A DNA stretch of 60,000 nt from Lama glama (taxonomy: Eukaryota), in NCBI GenBank assembly GCA_028534125.1, contig CM052817.1:17548001-17608000 (forward strand), in the 5' to 3' direction. Below the pieces are notes generated by a model that made no database searches, was not told the DNA's origin, and saw only the letters and a list, made by a program, of their open reading frames with translations. Position numbers and translations under genes: made by a program. Positions 35,051 through 48,777 of the stretch are shown here, in pieces. The first letter of the stretch is position 1, and each line of letters begins with the position of its first letter.

Positions 35051-36694
35051 GCCAGTGAGAGGTTCTTTGAAGAGTGCAGAAGTAAGGGATTATTTCTATG
35101 TGTAAAAGTACTTGGTAAAACACTAACAGTTTTCCCACTTGGAAAATCCTGGTCTGTGAACTTTCTGTCTCAAGGGGATGTTCTCCTCCAGGACTGAGAC
35201 GGGAGATCAAGTTTGGGGAAAAGACATCATTGAATAAGGCTGGAGGAGAGGGGGGGTCCATCTTCCAACCAGCCCCTGAAAGTACCAATCCCTGATTCTC
35301 ACTGCAGGTGCAGAATGACTGACTTACAGCATCTTCCTTGAGAACAAAGGAAGAAAATCAATTCTGTCAAGAGGAAGCAGCCCTTTCACTTAACTCCTAG
35401 TGGGTTATTTAACACACTCAGTTCACACACGTCAACGCCATGTTTACAAACACATAAACTTGTATCAGAGAGCCTTTAACCTTTAGAGTATACTTTAAAA
35501 CTAATATAAGAAGTTCCAATAGGATAACCACTGTTCAAAACAGAAAAAAAAAAGTAATACTGCAAATGCTCTAAGGTAATTTTACATAATTAGACAAAGT
35601 TTAAACAACCCAGGAAATATCCATGCCTTGCCTGAAAAGATTATAATGAAATGTCTAATAAAAAGAAAATGACCTATAATTCTCACCATTTCTTCTCTTA
35701 CTTACAGCCCTTGTGAGAGCAATAATAAAATGCAAGTTTTTACCACCTCATTGCAGCTAAACTGCATTTGCTAACAATTGCCTCCTTCTTCATTAAAATG
35801 TTTCATTCAGTAATTACTGCAAGTGTCAAGTCATTTACCCAGGGCTCCTCAATTTCCATACTGCGAGGTGCTCAACACACTGGACTCAGCTATTTATGAT
35901 TGCCACCTCAACAGGACTTCTCTCCACTAAATTACAGTGAAAGAATGCTCTTCCTTTCACTCCTCTCCCAGGGGGGGAAATAAATAAATTGTTGTCCTGT
36001 GTGTTTCAGCATGGGACATGATTTTGGGGTAGTCTAAAAATAAATTTGGTCTCGATGTTTGACATAAACCAGAAACCCAGTGAATAGTCCTCAGGTGTTG
36101 AAATTCCTCTGGAGTGGTGGTGACTGATGAAATGAAGAGCCTCTCCAGAAAGAGAATTCACATTTATAAAATTCCTACTCTATGCTAAGTACTCAACATG
36201 TGCTATCTTGTTTAATCTAGTGCCAAACACATCTAACAACTATGCATTATTTACTACCATGTGTCTTACACTGTTCTTTGGGGATTTGGAGGTGTGAAGA
36301 GATGAGAACTTACACTCAAAGACCACATATTTAATTTTCCTAAAAACCTTTTGGGGTCGGTAACTACTATTCCCATTTTATATACAGAATAGTTTCCAAC
36401 TTGGCCTTAAGCTATGCCCACCTTGCTGTGCCCAGTAGAGTAAGCCATCTGTACAAAGGACTGAAGAACTTTGGAAGGGAATTCACACTAAAGGAAGCTG
36501 AGCACAATGATCTTGACCCAGTTACAAACACCCTATTGAAAGTGTCAGTAGAATGTGGTGTTTGCCATTGATATCTTTGAATCCACACAAAAGGATTTGT
36601 ATCTGGGTCCTAAGAAGCTAATGGTATAAAAACAAAACAAAAAATCATTAAGAGTCATTCTCTAAGAACTTTGTATGCCTACCCCTCTGAATCC

Positions 36695-37760
36695 CTGGCC
36701 CAGACTTGAGGATCCTCTACCCAATATCTATTCTCCTCCTTTCTTCTTTCCTAACATAATCCCAACTTTTTGAAGTTACCCACTCTTCTTCCTTAAAGAG
36801 GAAGGTCACCATGTGGAAACTGGCTCCACGACCAGTCTGTTGACGGGCTTGACTGGTGTCGATGTAATCCCTTCCCCCTGGCCATTGATTGGCTCAAGGG
36901 TGAGCGGCGGATGCAATCCAGCTTCGCTAAGGTCTTGTGGGAAAATTCTCTTACATTCCTTAAGGAGACTGTCCAGAAGCAACCTTTTTCTGGACATTGG
37001 CATGGTGGGCATGTTCTGGAACTGTTGCTGTTGTTTTGTTACCAAATTTGAATGAAGCCAAAACACTGAGTAAAACACAGCCAACAGAATCATGAGAAAA
37101 CACAGTTGAAGCCCCTGGAGTTCATCAACCTGAAGGTGTTTTGGCAGAAACTATCCTTCCCACGTTTATTCTCCCCAACTTCGATGTATTAGAGTCTCTG
37201 TTAGAGCTGGACATACGGCCATCCAGAATAAATACATCATCTCTTTGCAATTTGGTCTGTCCATGTGACTGAGCTCTGGCTGATGGAATATGAGCAGTGA
37301 CAGTTTCTAGGAACCTTCCTTACAAGACAGCTGGTTCATGGACATCTTCGTCATTTTTCCTCCCTGCTGCTGGGAGCATGAATACAATGAGGGGAGCTCT
37401 GGCCACCATCTCAGGCTATCACAACAGTGCTTACCCCTTTAGGAAATGACAGAGTAGTAAGCTAGAAGGAGCCTGGAAGAAGATGAAAGTTTCTCCAGAT
37501 TTTGTTGAGTACAGTTACACTAGAAGCCGTGGTCTTCCTATCTCTGACCTTGTATGTGCTGGGGCAAAACAAAACTCATTTAAGCCACTGTTAGTTTGGT
37601 TCTCTGTTTCTCATAGCCTAACCTAATCTTCACTGGTACATAATGCCTTCTACACTTTGGACTTCTAATTTGTTTTAACAGACAGTAAATTCCACTTGTT
37701 TGATCCAGATTGGGTTGAGTTTTCAATTAACCTGCAACCAGAAACATCCTAAGTAACACA
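36695..37760 (+). mobile_element. MLT1K-like LTR interrupted by an MLT1J-like LTR
   Basis: CCAATATCTATTCTCCTCC...GCCATTGATTGGCTCAAGGG, resuming at TTGGACTTCT...AACCTGCAACCAGAAACATCCTAAGTAACACA. Confidence 0.65.
37137..37640 (+). mobile_element. MLT1J-like solo LTR
   Basis: CCATGTGACTGAGCTCTGGCTGATGGAATATGAGCAG...AAGGAGCCTGG...TTTAAGCCACTGTTA...CCTAATCTTCACTGGTACA. Confidence 0.75.
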
Positions 37761-39459
37761 CGGAGTGAGGCAGCCTCATCCCCACTTGGCCATGAACCAC
37801 GTTATAGCTTTGACACCTCAAAGCACGCAGTGCATTGTTGCCTACACCACGGTAAGTCTGGCACTGGAGCGGTGGTGCCCAGCAGGAGACATTACTTCTC
37901 AACAGTAACCAGGAGATATGACGATGCCTATCAGAAGAGGAAAAATGAAAGAGAAAGATGTACTCTACATGGCAGTCAACATGAGACCTAAGCGGACTTG
38001 CCCGGGAGTTAATGCAAGACACCCCTGAGACTTTCAGAAATATTTGAGTATTCTCTTAACTAGCTAGAATAAGAATTAGTTGAATATACTTTATCACCCT
38101 TAAACCAAGCCCTCCTAAACCAACAGGTTGGTGAGAACAGAAACACTTGAATGTCACATAGATGAGAAAATAAGCTCAGAAAAGTTAAATAACTCAACCA
38201 AGTTCAAGCAACTGGCCCCACAATTTGAATCAACAGAAAATTCTGATGGAGAGTTATTTTAATGTCATGTTTTTTCCCTGATACTAGTTATTGCTTTTCT
38301 CCAAACAAATGCATTCTCATTGCCTGCCAAGGATTTTCTAACATTGGATTAGAAACTAAACCATATTTACAGTAACACCCACTGACCCAGGACAACTGAG
38401 GATAACCTATCAGAATATTGGTACTCAGAAGTTCCAGTCTAAGTACAAGTTATTGGATTCTATGACCTAATCGCTATACATTTTAAACTATATTTTGAAA
38501 CTCAGTCTATACAATTTTTAATAATGCACATATTCTTTCATAACCTTAAATAAGAATAAATAAGATTTAATTTAGTATTGGAATAATCCAAATAATTGTC
38601 AATGTTGGATAGTTCAATTGTTAAAAAATCTTCTTTCAAATTTCAACCAGTTGGCCTCAGCTTTGGAACACGTGTAAATTAGTAAACCTGGCAGAGAGGA
38701 AAGACATTTTTCCAAGGCTCAGCCAGAAAATGTGTCATTTTTTTTTTCCTGCAGGCTGTTGGCTTACCAGTTGCAAAGGGTGAATCTCAAGAGATTCAGA
38801 AGTTTAATTTGAATAAACAAGCAAAAGTTTGGATAATTATCAAAACTCTAGCAAAACTAGGCCAGAAATGGATCTGATTTTCTAGTGAATTTTCCAGAAT
38901 TTCCTGTTTCCAGTAGGACTGGACTATCTGAGGAAGAGGCCACTAATGACTGGAACCAGCTGGGCATAACTGGAGAACACTCAAAAAACAAGAGAAAAGA
39001 CAGTGCAAGCTATTTTGAGCTGCAAGAGAGATGGGGATAATTAAAACATGGTGCTGAAAATAAGTGTCTGCTACTTGACTTGTTGCTTCTTTATTTCCCT
39101 TGGAAAAAAAATCTGAAGGATTTTATCCTTTCTGCTTTTGTTACTGTTCCAGAAAAGAGATCTACCTGGTGGACTTCACACCATCTGTAGTACGGATTGT
39201 GAACAAACGTGTGCAATGACTTAGTGCCCTGGAGGGAAGGGGGCTGTTTATCTACCCTTGGCCATGGCTAAATTACTGTGCGTCAACAAGTTGGAAGAGG
39301 CTACAGTGCAATCTACGATAAATAATAGTCTGATAATGAGTCATCCTTCCCTGAGCCAAGTAGGACCATCCTCAGTCATTCCAAAGAGGTGGGCAATAAA
39401 TCTGTTTAGAGAAAGAGATTCTAAAGAGCCATTGAAAAGCAAGGTTAACCCTCTGTGCT

Positions 39460-40120
39460 AAACACAACTGGTCAAAGCACAACATCCCTTCCAACTTCCT
39501 TCTGATGTGCCTGCCTGTACAGAAGTGATTGCAAAGCTAAACAGTATTTCTCAGGCTTCTTTGCAGCTAGAGTTCTAGATATCATTTGGAGTCCACTCAT
39601 TGGAATCACTAGTGCAAGACTGAGGTGGCTAGTGGTATGGATGCTACATTCTGCTTCTGCAACTCCTGCAAGCCAACACCCACCATAGCAGAATTGGTGT
39701 GGTCCCAGTAAACCCGTTGTCAGCTCTGTGTGAGTCGCATGGCAAGATGCAAGCCATCCATTTTGTGAGTATGGATTCTAAAGCCGGCAAGTATCAGGAG
39801 CTCGCTGATTACGGCATGCTCTTGATGGTGCTGGTGTCCTGACTGTGCGCCCAGATTGTACTGGATTCCTGATCACGGCCACAGGAGCTGCGTCTAGAGT
39901 TAGCAGCTACAGCAGCAGTGTCCAAATCTGCTGAGTAGGTTTCTGATTATGGAAGATTTAGTAGCTAATTTGGTATCCCTGTTCTGGAGTATGGCTTTGA
40001 GAGTTTTTCCTGTAAACTCAAACTTCCCAATAATTCTATAAGCCACCAAACACTCCTTAATAAATCCCTTTATGCTTTAAACTGATCAGAGTGTGTTTGA
40101 AACAGCTGAGCCCTAAGCAC
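39460..40120 (+). mobile_element. ERVL LTR (LTR33-like)
   Basis: AAAGCTAAACAGTATTTCTCAGGCTTCTTTGCAGCTAGAGTTCTAGAT...TAATAAATCCCTTTATGCTTTAAACT. Confidence 0.7.
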
Positions 40121-41364
40121 TGCACCTCCTCCAGAAGGTACATCTACAGAAATCCCAGCATCGTCCCGGTTTTTGCACACAGACCAGAGATAACCTGAAT
40201 GAGAAGTGAGGGTGGAGCAGAAAACAGAAGGGGTGTTACCAGGAGCTAACTGAGCTTGGGAGATTTTTGCCCAGGAGGCCATTTCTGAATTGATGAGTTG
40301 TGCAGAAGAGAGAAAATCAGAAGCCAGGAAATGGAGCCAAGGTCAGAACAGAAGAGACATTAAATTCTGTGTTAAATAGGAGTGGCTGAGATGAAGACAG
40401 AGATCAGGGATGAGTTGAAATGTCTGTAACAAAGAAGTTGAGAACGTGGACCAAGGAGAGAGATGCAACTCTGGGTGACCCCAAGTTCTTCAGGTTGTTG
40501 TGATCAATTGGTCCTTAAGAACTAGGTAGAAATTGGCTCAGACGCCATTCCTACACATCCTAGTAAATCTGTCATTCCTCCCCACACACCAGACTGCCTT
40601 GGAAAGGAGAAGTGACTTGAGTTTCTTCTAATTCCCTCGGTTCCGCATTTCTACTGTTTTCTCCCTCTCTGCTTCCTGTTCCATCCTCCAGAGGAGCTTC
40701 TCCATTCCCCAAGGCCCCACTTCAAACCCTTCACTGCTCAAAGGGCCTTCAGTTCAAGACAGTGTGTAGCCAGCTTCACCCGAGCGCTGGGGTATCACGT
40801 CACAGCTTATCACAGAAAACCACAACGTTGGACGAGAGTCCCTTTCTTAAAAGTCCTTTGGCCAATTTGTTCCTCAAAGAATTCTCTTGGGTTCTTTCTT
40901 TTACTTGGGTTCCTGTCTCACCCTGTCATAATGTCAAGACCTTCTTTTTCCCTCCAGCAAATTCTTATTTATTTCTTCTACTGAGCAGTTTACATTCTTG
41001 TCCCCTTCCTCATCCAGCCTGGCCTGCCCAGATGGCCCTCTCTCCAGGCAAAATGGCCCACTGAGATAGTCTTGTCTCCTAAAAGGTCCTCTACCACTAG
41101 CTCTTAAATCAGGGTAGAGAATGGATGTGAAGACATAGCAGAGAGGGTTTATATGAAGCACAGTCCCAGAGGAGAGGTGAGAGATGGCGTCCAGGCTCAG
41201 ATGGGAGGGCGGATTCACCTTGAACTCCTCTCACTGAGGTGGAGGAAAGCGGGCAAGGGCAGAGGAGGCAGAAGGAGGAAGACTTCCTGCTCTTACTTCT
41301 GGAAGGCGAGGAAACCGGCGGGCAGGGCTTTTTCCCTTTTGATTCAGCCTTGGTGCATCCCGTG

Positions 41365-41608
41365 GTGGTCGAACACGGTGGTTAAGAGTCTGCTCTGCAG
41401 CACCAGGCTGCCTGAATATAAACCCTTGCCCCACGACCCACCAGCTCTACAGTTCTCAGGCAAGTTTGCCTGACCTTTTGCATTTGTGAGATGAGGCTGA
41501 CAACAGCACGCACCTTGCAGAGCTGATGGGGGTATTCCACGGGAAAGTGTCTGAAGTGCGTAGAACAGTGGCTGAAATATCTTTGGTGCTCAGCAAAAGC
41601 CAGCTGCT
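41365..41608 (+). mobile_element. MIR SINE
   Basis: GGTGGTTAAGAGTCTGCTCTG...GGCAAGTT...AAGTGCGTAGAACAGTG...GTGCTCAGCAAA. Confidence 0.75.
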
Positions 41609-43904
41609 TCTGTGCTAACAGAAGTGCCCTCTTAAAGGAACCGGTGTGGCGTGGACACAGCTAAGGCCCGGCACATTCAGTTGGGCAGTAGAGGAAGGCT
41701 AAGGGATGCCAGCCTCTAGCCTTCAGACTCTTCTCATGAGAGTCAGACACCAGTCCCGGCAGCTCTAAGCTCCAGGAGACTCTTACCCATCTCTGCAAGC
41801 AGCTTCCCAGCAGCCCTTCTCACTTGGCTTACGGTGAAGGGAAGGCACTCCTTTCCTTACCCCTATGTAGTGGGGACAGAAATGCCCAGAACCCCACAAA
41901 GCACCCCATGGAATTCTTTTTTGTCCACTGGCCTCCTCACCTCTTTCTTTTCTTCTATAAACCCAGGCAGGGCGCTTGGACCAAAGCTGGCAGAAGGTGC
42001 TTTGTCATTTCTTATTATGTTGTATATGGAGGTCTAGCCCCTTCCTGCAGACGAGGTGGCACTGAGCACTTATTTTACTGTTCTCAGCTTTTGAATCTTC
42101 TGAAAAACACTCTAGGATAGAGAGATTCCCTTTTGAGCATCCTGTTAAAAATAAATAGGCACCACGAATTGAATTTTTCAACATAAAACCATACCAAAGT
42201 CAGCATTTAGTTCCAAGATTGCAAATTTTCATCAGGTTCTCATTCAATAATATTAACCAAGCCAACATTTCCTATTTGTGCTATCAGCACTGAAAACACA
42301 CATCCACTCATGATGACAGCCTCTAATGGCCTGACTCCTGTAGCGGCATCAACAGGTTGCACTGAGCTGACAGGCTGTCAAACCCATCAGTGGACAAGGA
42401 TGCTGTCAGAAGACGGGTCCATCAATGCTGCCTGCAGCTTGTGCTTATTATATGGAATGTCAGGTATGCTATGAAAAGCTGGGAAAAGAAAACTTTACCC
42501 GTTCTTGATCTGTATGTAAGCCAGTTTCTCGGGGAGTACCAGCCTGAGGTGAAGAGGTTCACATACTATTTCTGTCATTTTTTTCCAGCCTGCTGTTGCA
42601 GGACACTTAGCTTTCTCCATCTTCAAAGTCCCCCCAAACAGTTCCTGGGGGGTCCCTCAGAGGTATGTGGTGTGTACTCACGAGACTGTCCTCTCAGCTA
42701 CCCTGGGTGTACCATTTTTTTCCCTTCTGTAGCCCTTGATTCCTAGAAAGAATGGCAGCAGAAGCTTCTCATGCCCACGAAGGTGCATCAAACAAATGGC
42801 AAAGGTATGGTCAAACCACTCAGGGTTCCATAAAGCCACTCACTGTATGCCTGACCTCCTGCTATTGCCAGTGCCACCCCTTCCCTGCAGCCACCTCCAC
42901 TGGAGTCACAGGCTTCCAGAGTTGCCTCAAACAGCCCAAAGTGGCACCAAAGCACTGCACCTTGTCTGTCACTAGGAAGAAACCTCTGCCCCTCCTGCGG
43001 GCGCACTCTGCAGTGTGAGTCCCCATGATGATGTGACTTGGGCTTCCAAGTCTCACATGGATTCTCTTGGATAGACTTGTGGTGCCCCGTGGCTGAACCA
43101 GAGGGAAATCTGAGAAGCAGGCTGCTAGATTCTGACTCCAGGACACCTGCTGTGGACCACTTGTAGGACCTGGGTTCTCTGAGGATGAGTTCTGTCCCAG
43201 GATATGCCAGGAGGAAGGCTTACCAAGGTGCACTTGTATAAGCCCAGGCCTGGGTGCACCCTGTGCTGAAAATAGCTTCAATTCTAACTAAAACCCTGGT
43301 CTCCCACAGACTGAACGCCACAGCCATTTTTTTTTCCCCAGAGGAAAAGCCATATTTGAGGAAAAATCAAATAGTCAAAATTAACTATTGACTTTGTAAC
43401 ACCCACTAAATGTTAATTGAGGCAGAGAAGTTGACTTCTTGAAGCGGAGGACTGTTAACCTTGCTCTACAGAGCAAAGTGGTCTTCCAAAATGAACCATC
43501 AGTTACCTTCAGCCCTAGACACCCCTGCCTCATGTAACTCCACATCCTCTCAAATGTCTGCAGTGATCACAAAGCAGTGTATGCAGATCCTTGTAGCCCA
43601 GCCATCCTGCTCTGGTCTTTCTGGACCCAAACAGCTCACTTTACCTCCCCATAAGTCCCCAGATTCTGACCATCTTCCCGAGTGTGATCTGAACTCTCAC
43701 TATACCTAACAAGACCAGGCCTCTCTACCTCATATAGGATGCAATACACATATACATAATATGAAATATTACAGCCCATGTTGGGCAAGTTGGGAAAAGA
43801 TAACTTAATTCAACATTGCACACATGTACTGACCACCTACCAGATGACAAGTATGAAACAATGGAGATGAATCAGACCGACTTCAGAGTTTACCATCTAT
43901 TCCA

Positions 43905-44140
43905 GAAGGGTGGTGTAGAATAAAAGACAGTGGGCACAGATCCTGGAGAGAAAGGTGTGCTCTTCCACTTAATTAACTTTGTAACCCTTAGACAAAAGAA
44001 TTAACTTTTCTGTATATGTTTACTCATCCCTAAAATGGAGATAAGAAGATATCTGGTGCTTGGTGTTGCTATGAAGAGGTAACAAGTCAGAAACATAATA
44101 GCAGCTAGAAAAGCACCCAGCACTACCAGCATTTATAATA
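43905..44140 (+). mobile_element. MIR fragment
   Basis: CCACTTAATTAACTTTGTAACCCTTAGACAA...CTCATCCCTAAAATGGAGATAA...GTTGCTATGAAGA. Confidence 0.6.
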
Positions 44141-44959
44141 ATTATTAGGGAAGACAGGCATGGACATAACTGCCTCTGATATCATAAAATAAACTATTTA
44201 GTAGTGCAGTGAAAGCACAAACAACTATACACAGTTCTAGATCCTTACCTGAGGCAGATCTGTGTCCATAGCTAAGGTTTAAATATACTTTCATTCATGG
44301 ATGTTTACTGATATCCTACAACGTGCCACACACTGCACAGACCTGGAAGACAGAGTGACCAGCAGGGCTCATAAGGACTCAGCCCTGCCCTGAAAACACT
44401 GACAGTTTAGTGGCTAGAAGGGTCTGGAGCATTAGAGTTATGGGTCTACCAGATGTTCATTTGTGTGAAGACCTGAAAAACTGTTTTTGAAAAAAGTTTA
44501 TCTTTCAACATGAATCATCCACAAAGTGGGGCATAGGTTATTAGTCAATCCATGGTTTGGTTAGTCTCCAGTCAGCTGTGGCCAAGTGGGCAGGGCCATA
44601 CGATGTAAAACACGGCTGCCACCTCCTCCCTAGGGCAGCAGGTGGGGCTCCCCTCTAGAAACTGTGCAGACTGGGTCCACAGGCTGACGTTTGGCACCGG
44701 CAGGCAGGTATGGAAGAGCGGGCAGGGTTGCAGGGCGAGGTGGCCAAGGCACAGAGAACAGAGAGGTCATTCACACCAGCCCAAATGCAAGACAAGAGAT
44801 GGGGCAATCTATTGGTCCACTTTTGTAACACTGAGTCTCTGACCTCTTTGTGTCCACTAATTGCCACTGTTACATGGGTTGATTCATGTGTTTTACCTTA
44901 AGGAAAGGTCAAAATAAGCTCATAACCTTACTCATCTTCCAAAATTTCCTTTAAAACTC

Positions 44960-45900
44960 CCAACTCCCAAGAAAAAGGTACTTCTTTGACTAATTTCTAT
45001 ACACAGTACTACCATACTTCCTGTCACCCACTCCTGAAAACTTGACACTCCTTGACATCATTGTTTTTCTTGCCCCTTCCCTTTCATTACGTCAATTGCC
45101 AATGACTTTGGGAGGCAATCGAGAGTAGTCAAAAAGCATGACTTTTGGAATCTTCCACACTTGAGTACAAATCCTAGCTCTATTATGCACTAACAGGAGA
45201 TCTTTAAGAAGTCACTGCATTGATCTGAGTCTCAATTTTTTGATCTGTAAAATAAGACAAAGAATACCTACCTTATACTATCTTCATTGGATTAAATAAA
45301 ATATCATAAGGAAAGCCCTTTTCACAGGCTGCAAATAGTGAACTCTGTCACCAGAAGTTCTTATTTGCTACCTCTGACAGGTATTTCACATCGCTTGCCT
45401 CACCTTGTTTTCTCTGACACACCCTCGTGTGACAATAATAACCTTCTTGTCTTCCATTGTTTCCCACCCCCAATCTATTATATACATAGCTGTCAGAAGA
45501 TTTTTCCTAAAAACAACTCCAGTCCCTTCACTTCCTGGATTGGAAATCTTTAGTGAGTCCTCCAATGTCAACCCAATAAATAAATTTCAGACTCTCCAAC
45601 TTGGCATTTGAATTTCTCAGATTTAGCTCCCCTGGCTCCCTCCCAAGAAAGACTCTGACCAACACAAACTGGATGTATCATCAACTTCCCCCTAATTTTT
45701 CATGCCTGTCCTTTCTTTACACTGTTCTTCCTGCTTAGAATGTCCTGTCCTCTTCATTCCTTTGTATCAAAATTCTATCCTTCCTTTAATGTTCTGTTTT
45801 ACTTTTTCCCCTGACCCATGAAGCCTTCCTGAATCACCAGTTTTAAATCAATTTTCTGTCTGAGATTCCAAAGAATATTTAAGCACCTCACATAATATAG
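44960..45900 (+). mobile_element. L2 fragment interrupted by a MIR (45111-45340)
   Basis: L2: TTCCTGTCACCCACTCCTGAAAACTTG...TTCCTGCTTAGAATGTCC...CCATGAAGCCTTCCTGAATC. MIR: CAAATCCTAGCTCTA...AAGTCAC...ATCTGTAAAAT. Confidence 0.7.
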
Positions 45901-48573
45901 GTCACCTTCTGTATTAAGGTGGTATTATCAGTGTAACAGCCTCAAATGTTTTGTGTTCTGAAGAAGAGACTAATAGATATATTCAACTACTGGACACGGT
46001 ATGAAGACTTGAAATGCTTGAGAGTTACATAGGCCTTTTTCTTCATAGCTTATATATATAAAATACCACGTTTTGGATGATAAGATCCAACCACCCTGGC
46101 TACAAATGATTGAATAGGGCTTTATGCCTGAGCCAAAGCCATCTGTTTTACAGACAGGTTCTCCTTCTAGGAAAGTTTGAGTTTGGGCCACACAGAGAAA
46201 GAGAATAGTTGGAAGAGCTAGGCTTTGACAGACCCTAAAAAGCTGCAAGAGATGCCAGTATGCTGGCATCGTGGGGCAGAGGTTCTGAGTGATCAAGAGG
46301 CATGAAGTCGAGCAGAAAGCCAAGGAAGCGAGGAGTCAGCGGGAGTAGTAGATGCAGACTCAGTCCAGTGGAAGTAACGAAAGGAAAGCTGAGTCACCAG
46401 AGAGATGAACCACTAGGCCGCTGCCAGGACCTGGACTGGAGTGATGTTCTGCGCAACCTTCCAGATCTCCCCTGGGGGGGCTCTTCAGCTGATGCTGACT
46501 TTCTATGTTTTCTCACGAGCCCAATACCCCTACAGCAAACCCCATCACCTTGGGCAACTGAGTAAACATTTGTTCTTGGCAGCGTAGAAGAGCCTCCCAT
46601 AGTACACCAGACATGAAACAGTTCTCTCAGTGCCTCTGTTTTTCTTTGGAGACAGATTTAGTCCTCTCTGTCTTGCTGCATAGCACTTTAGTGAAATGCA
46701 TAAACGCCTATGGCCTTTTATACTGTTCAAACAGTAAATGTCTTAAGTTTTGAGACCTGACTGCCTTTGTCCTGACCTTGGCATCTTATTGCTTAACGTC
46801 ATTTTGTTTGAAAATTCTGTCTCGGTCCTTTGTCTCCTAATGGCCGTACGTCAGCTTCTTAACCTGATGGGCTACTCAAGACTGTTATCCCAGTTTTACA
46901 TGTGAGGTGGTCATGGCACGGACAGACTGAAGGCTGACAAGGGTACTGTGGTTCGGAAGCAAGAATACCACTTAGAATTCCTGAGGTACCTTATTCTCCC
47001 TTAGTCCCTGTATGATCAGACTGAGATGAATGAACATGAATTTTAAAAAAAGAAGAAGAAAAGAAAAAAAAACTACCATCTTCAAAAGTGGGTAGTAACT
47101 GAAGCAGCAATTTAACAAAATGATTGACTTCCTCCTGGGAGACCTCTCAAAACCTCCAGAAAATGATAGATTTCAAGCACTTACCTAAAGCATCAAGCTC
47201 CATGGGCACAAGCAAAGATTTAATCTGATAATGTCATGGATCTGAAGCCAGTTGGCTGCCCTGCTTTTTCACCTCTGAATTTTACTTCATCAACAAATTT
47301 TCTCTTGCCAGTGGTCCTCTGTGGGCTGTCAATAACTTAAAAGCCAAATTGGCAGAGACAGGTTTGTGCTCAAATAACCGAAGGCCCAGAATAAAACCAA
47401 CTGGCAGAAAAGGGAATTAACCCTCAAAACAAGCATCAGGGATCAATCTCATCATCCCCATTTTAGAGAAGGTTAAAGTGAGTCTCAAAGATGCTAAATA
47501 AGTTGTCATGACCATCCAAGAAGCAGGTCAGAGCTTCAAATCCACATCATCCAACTCCTTATACCAGCCTTTATCTCCTACTGCAAGATTCCGCCTTTTA
47601 CATCCTGCTATTTGGAGAAAGCCGGTTGTTGCCTACATTTCAGTTTTCAACCAGATATTGAAATTTTGCAAACTACAGTCTTGGCTAAAATTAATTCTAA
47701 AAATAAAAGAATTATTCAGAGTTCACATAGACATTGTGATGCACTGAGCTTGGCCTAGTAATTTTAAAAATTATCAATTAGCATCCAAATCAGACAAGAG
47801 CTGCACATCGCCCTTTGAATAAATGAAACGTCACACACCTAGAAGCAATCAAGACTACATACAAGATCCCTAAGTTGCCTGCCATGAACAGCCACTGTTT
47901 CATTGTTTTTTATCTCCTGGGCTTTCTTTTTCTGTTTTCCTTTTTGAGATAAGAAAAACCACTCTTTCCTGATTGAAATCCATTCTATTGTTGACCTTAA
48001 GCCTCCTCATCTGGCTTATCAAGTCACTCCCTTCTTCTGGACATGCTGCCTGGTTCAGGCATAAACACTGACTCAAGTAAGGCACATCAGAACTGGCTCT
48101 GAAGTCTGCTATGTAGACATACTGATGGACTATTAGCCAGAAGGACAGCCTTCAGGCTCCAGCCTTCTAGCAGCCGTGTCTTCTGAACACAAAGGGCCCA
48201 CTTAAACAGATTATTATAGATAACCAGAGCCAAGAGATGGAGAGGAAGGGAGAGCCAATAAATTATCCCCATTAAGTCAGATTTTGGCTACAAGCAATCA
48301 AAATTATCCTACCAGATACAACACCGGATCCAGAATATTTGTAAGGGCTGGCGAGTGGCTCAAATATTTCTGACAGGAAAGAGAGAGACAATAAAAACCT
48401 GGATATTGCAGGCTCATATAGGGTGGAGTCAAGAGTAAATTCACTCATTTCATGCAGAGATGTTTCTGGAGAAGGACTGAGTAATCAGATGAGCGAAGCA
48501 TAAGGAGACAGTAAAATATCCTGAGGTAACCATCCTTAATACCTTGGTATACATATGAATTGATAGGATACAG

Positions 48574-48777
48574 CAGGGGCTGTCCAGCTTTTGCTATAAA
48601 GGTCCAGAGAGTGAGTATTTTAAGCTTTGTGAGCCGTATAGTCTCCATTGCACCCTGCCATTGTAGCCATAGATGACACAAAAATGAATGGGGGTGGCTG
48701 TGTTAAAATAAAACTTTATGTATGAAAATAAGTTGTGGGCCAGATTTGCCCTGCAAACAGTAGTTTTCTGAACCCTG
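48574..48777 (-). mobile_element. MER58A DNA transposon
   Basis: CAGGGG...AATAAAACTTTAT...GGGCCAGATTTG...AACCCTG. Perfect 8-bp hAT TSD GGATACAG (48566-48573 / 48778-48785). Confidence 0.92.

Noticed and set aside
42046..42063. Second CTCF-like motif AGACGAGGTGGCACT (also CAACTAGAGGGGC near 50388)
   Set aside because: Both lack key core positions and are too weak to call.
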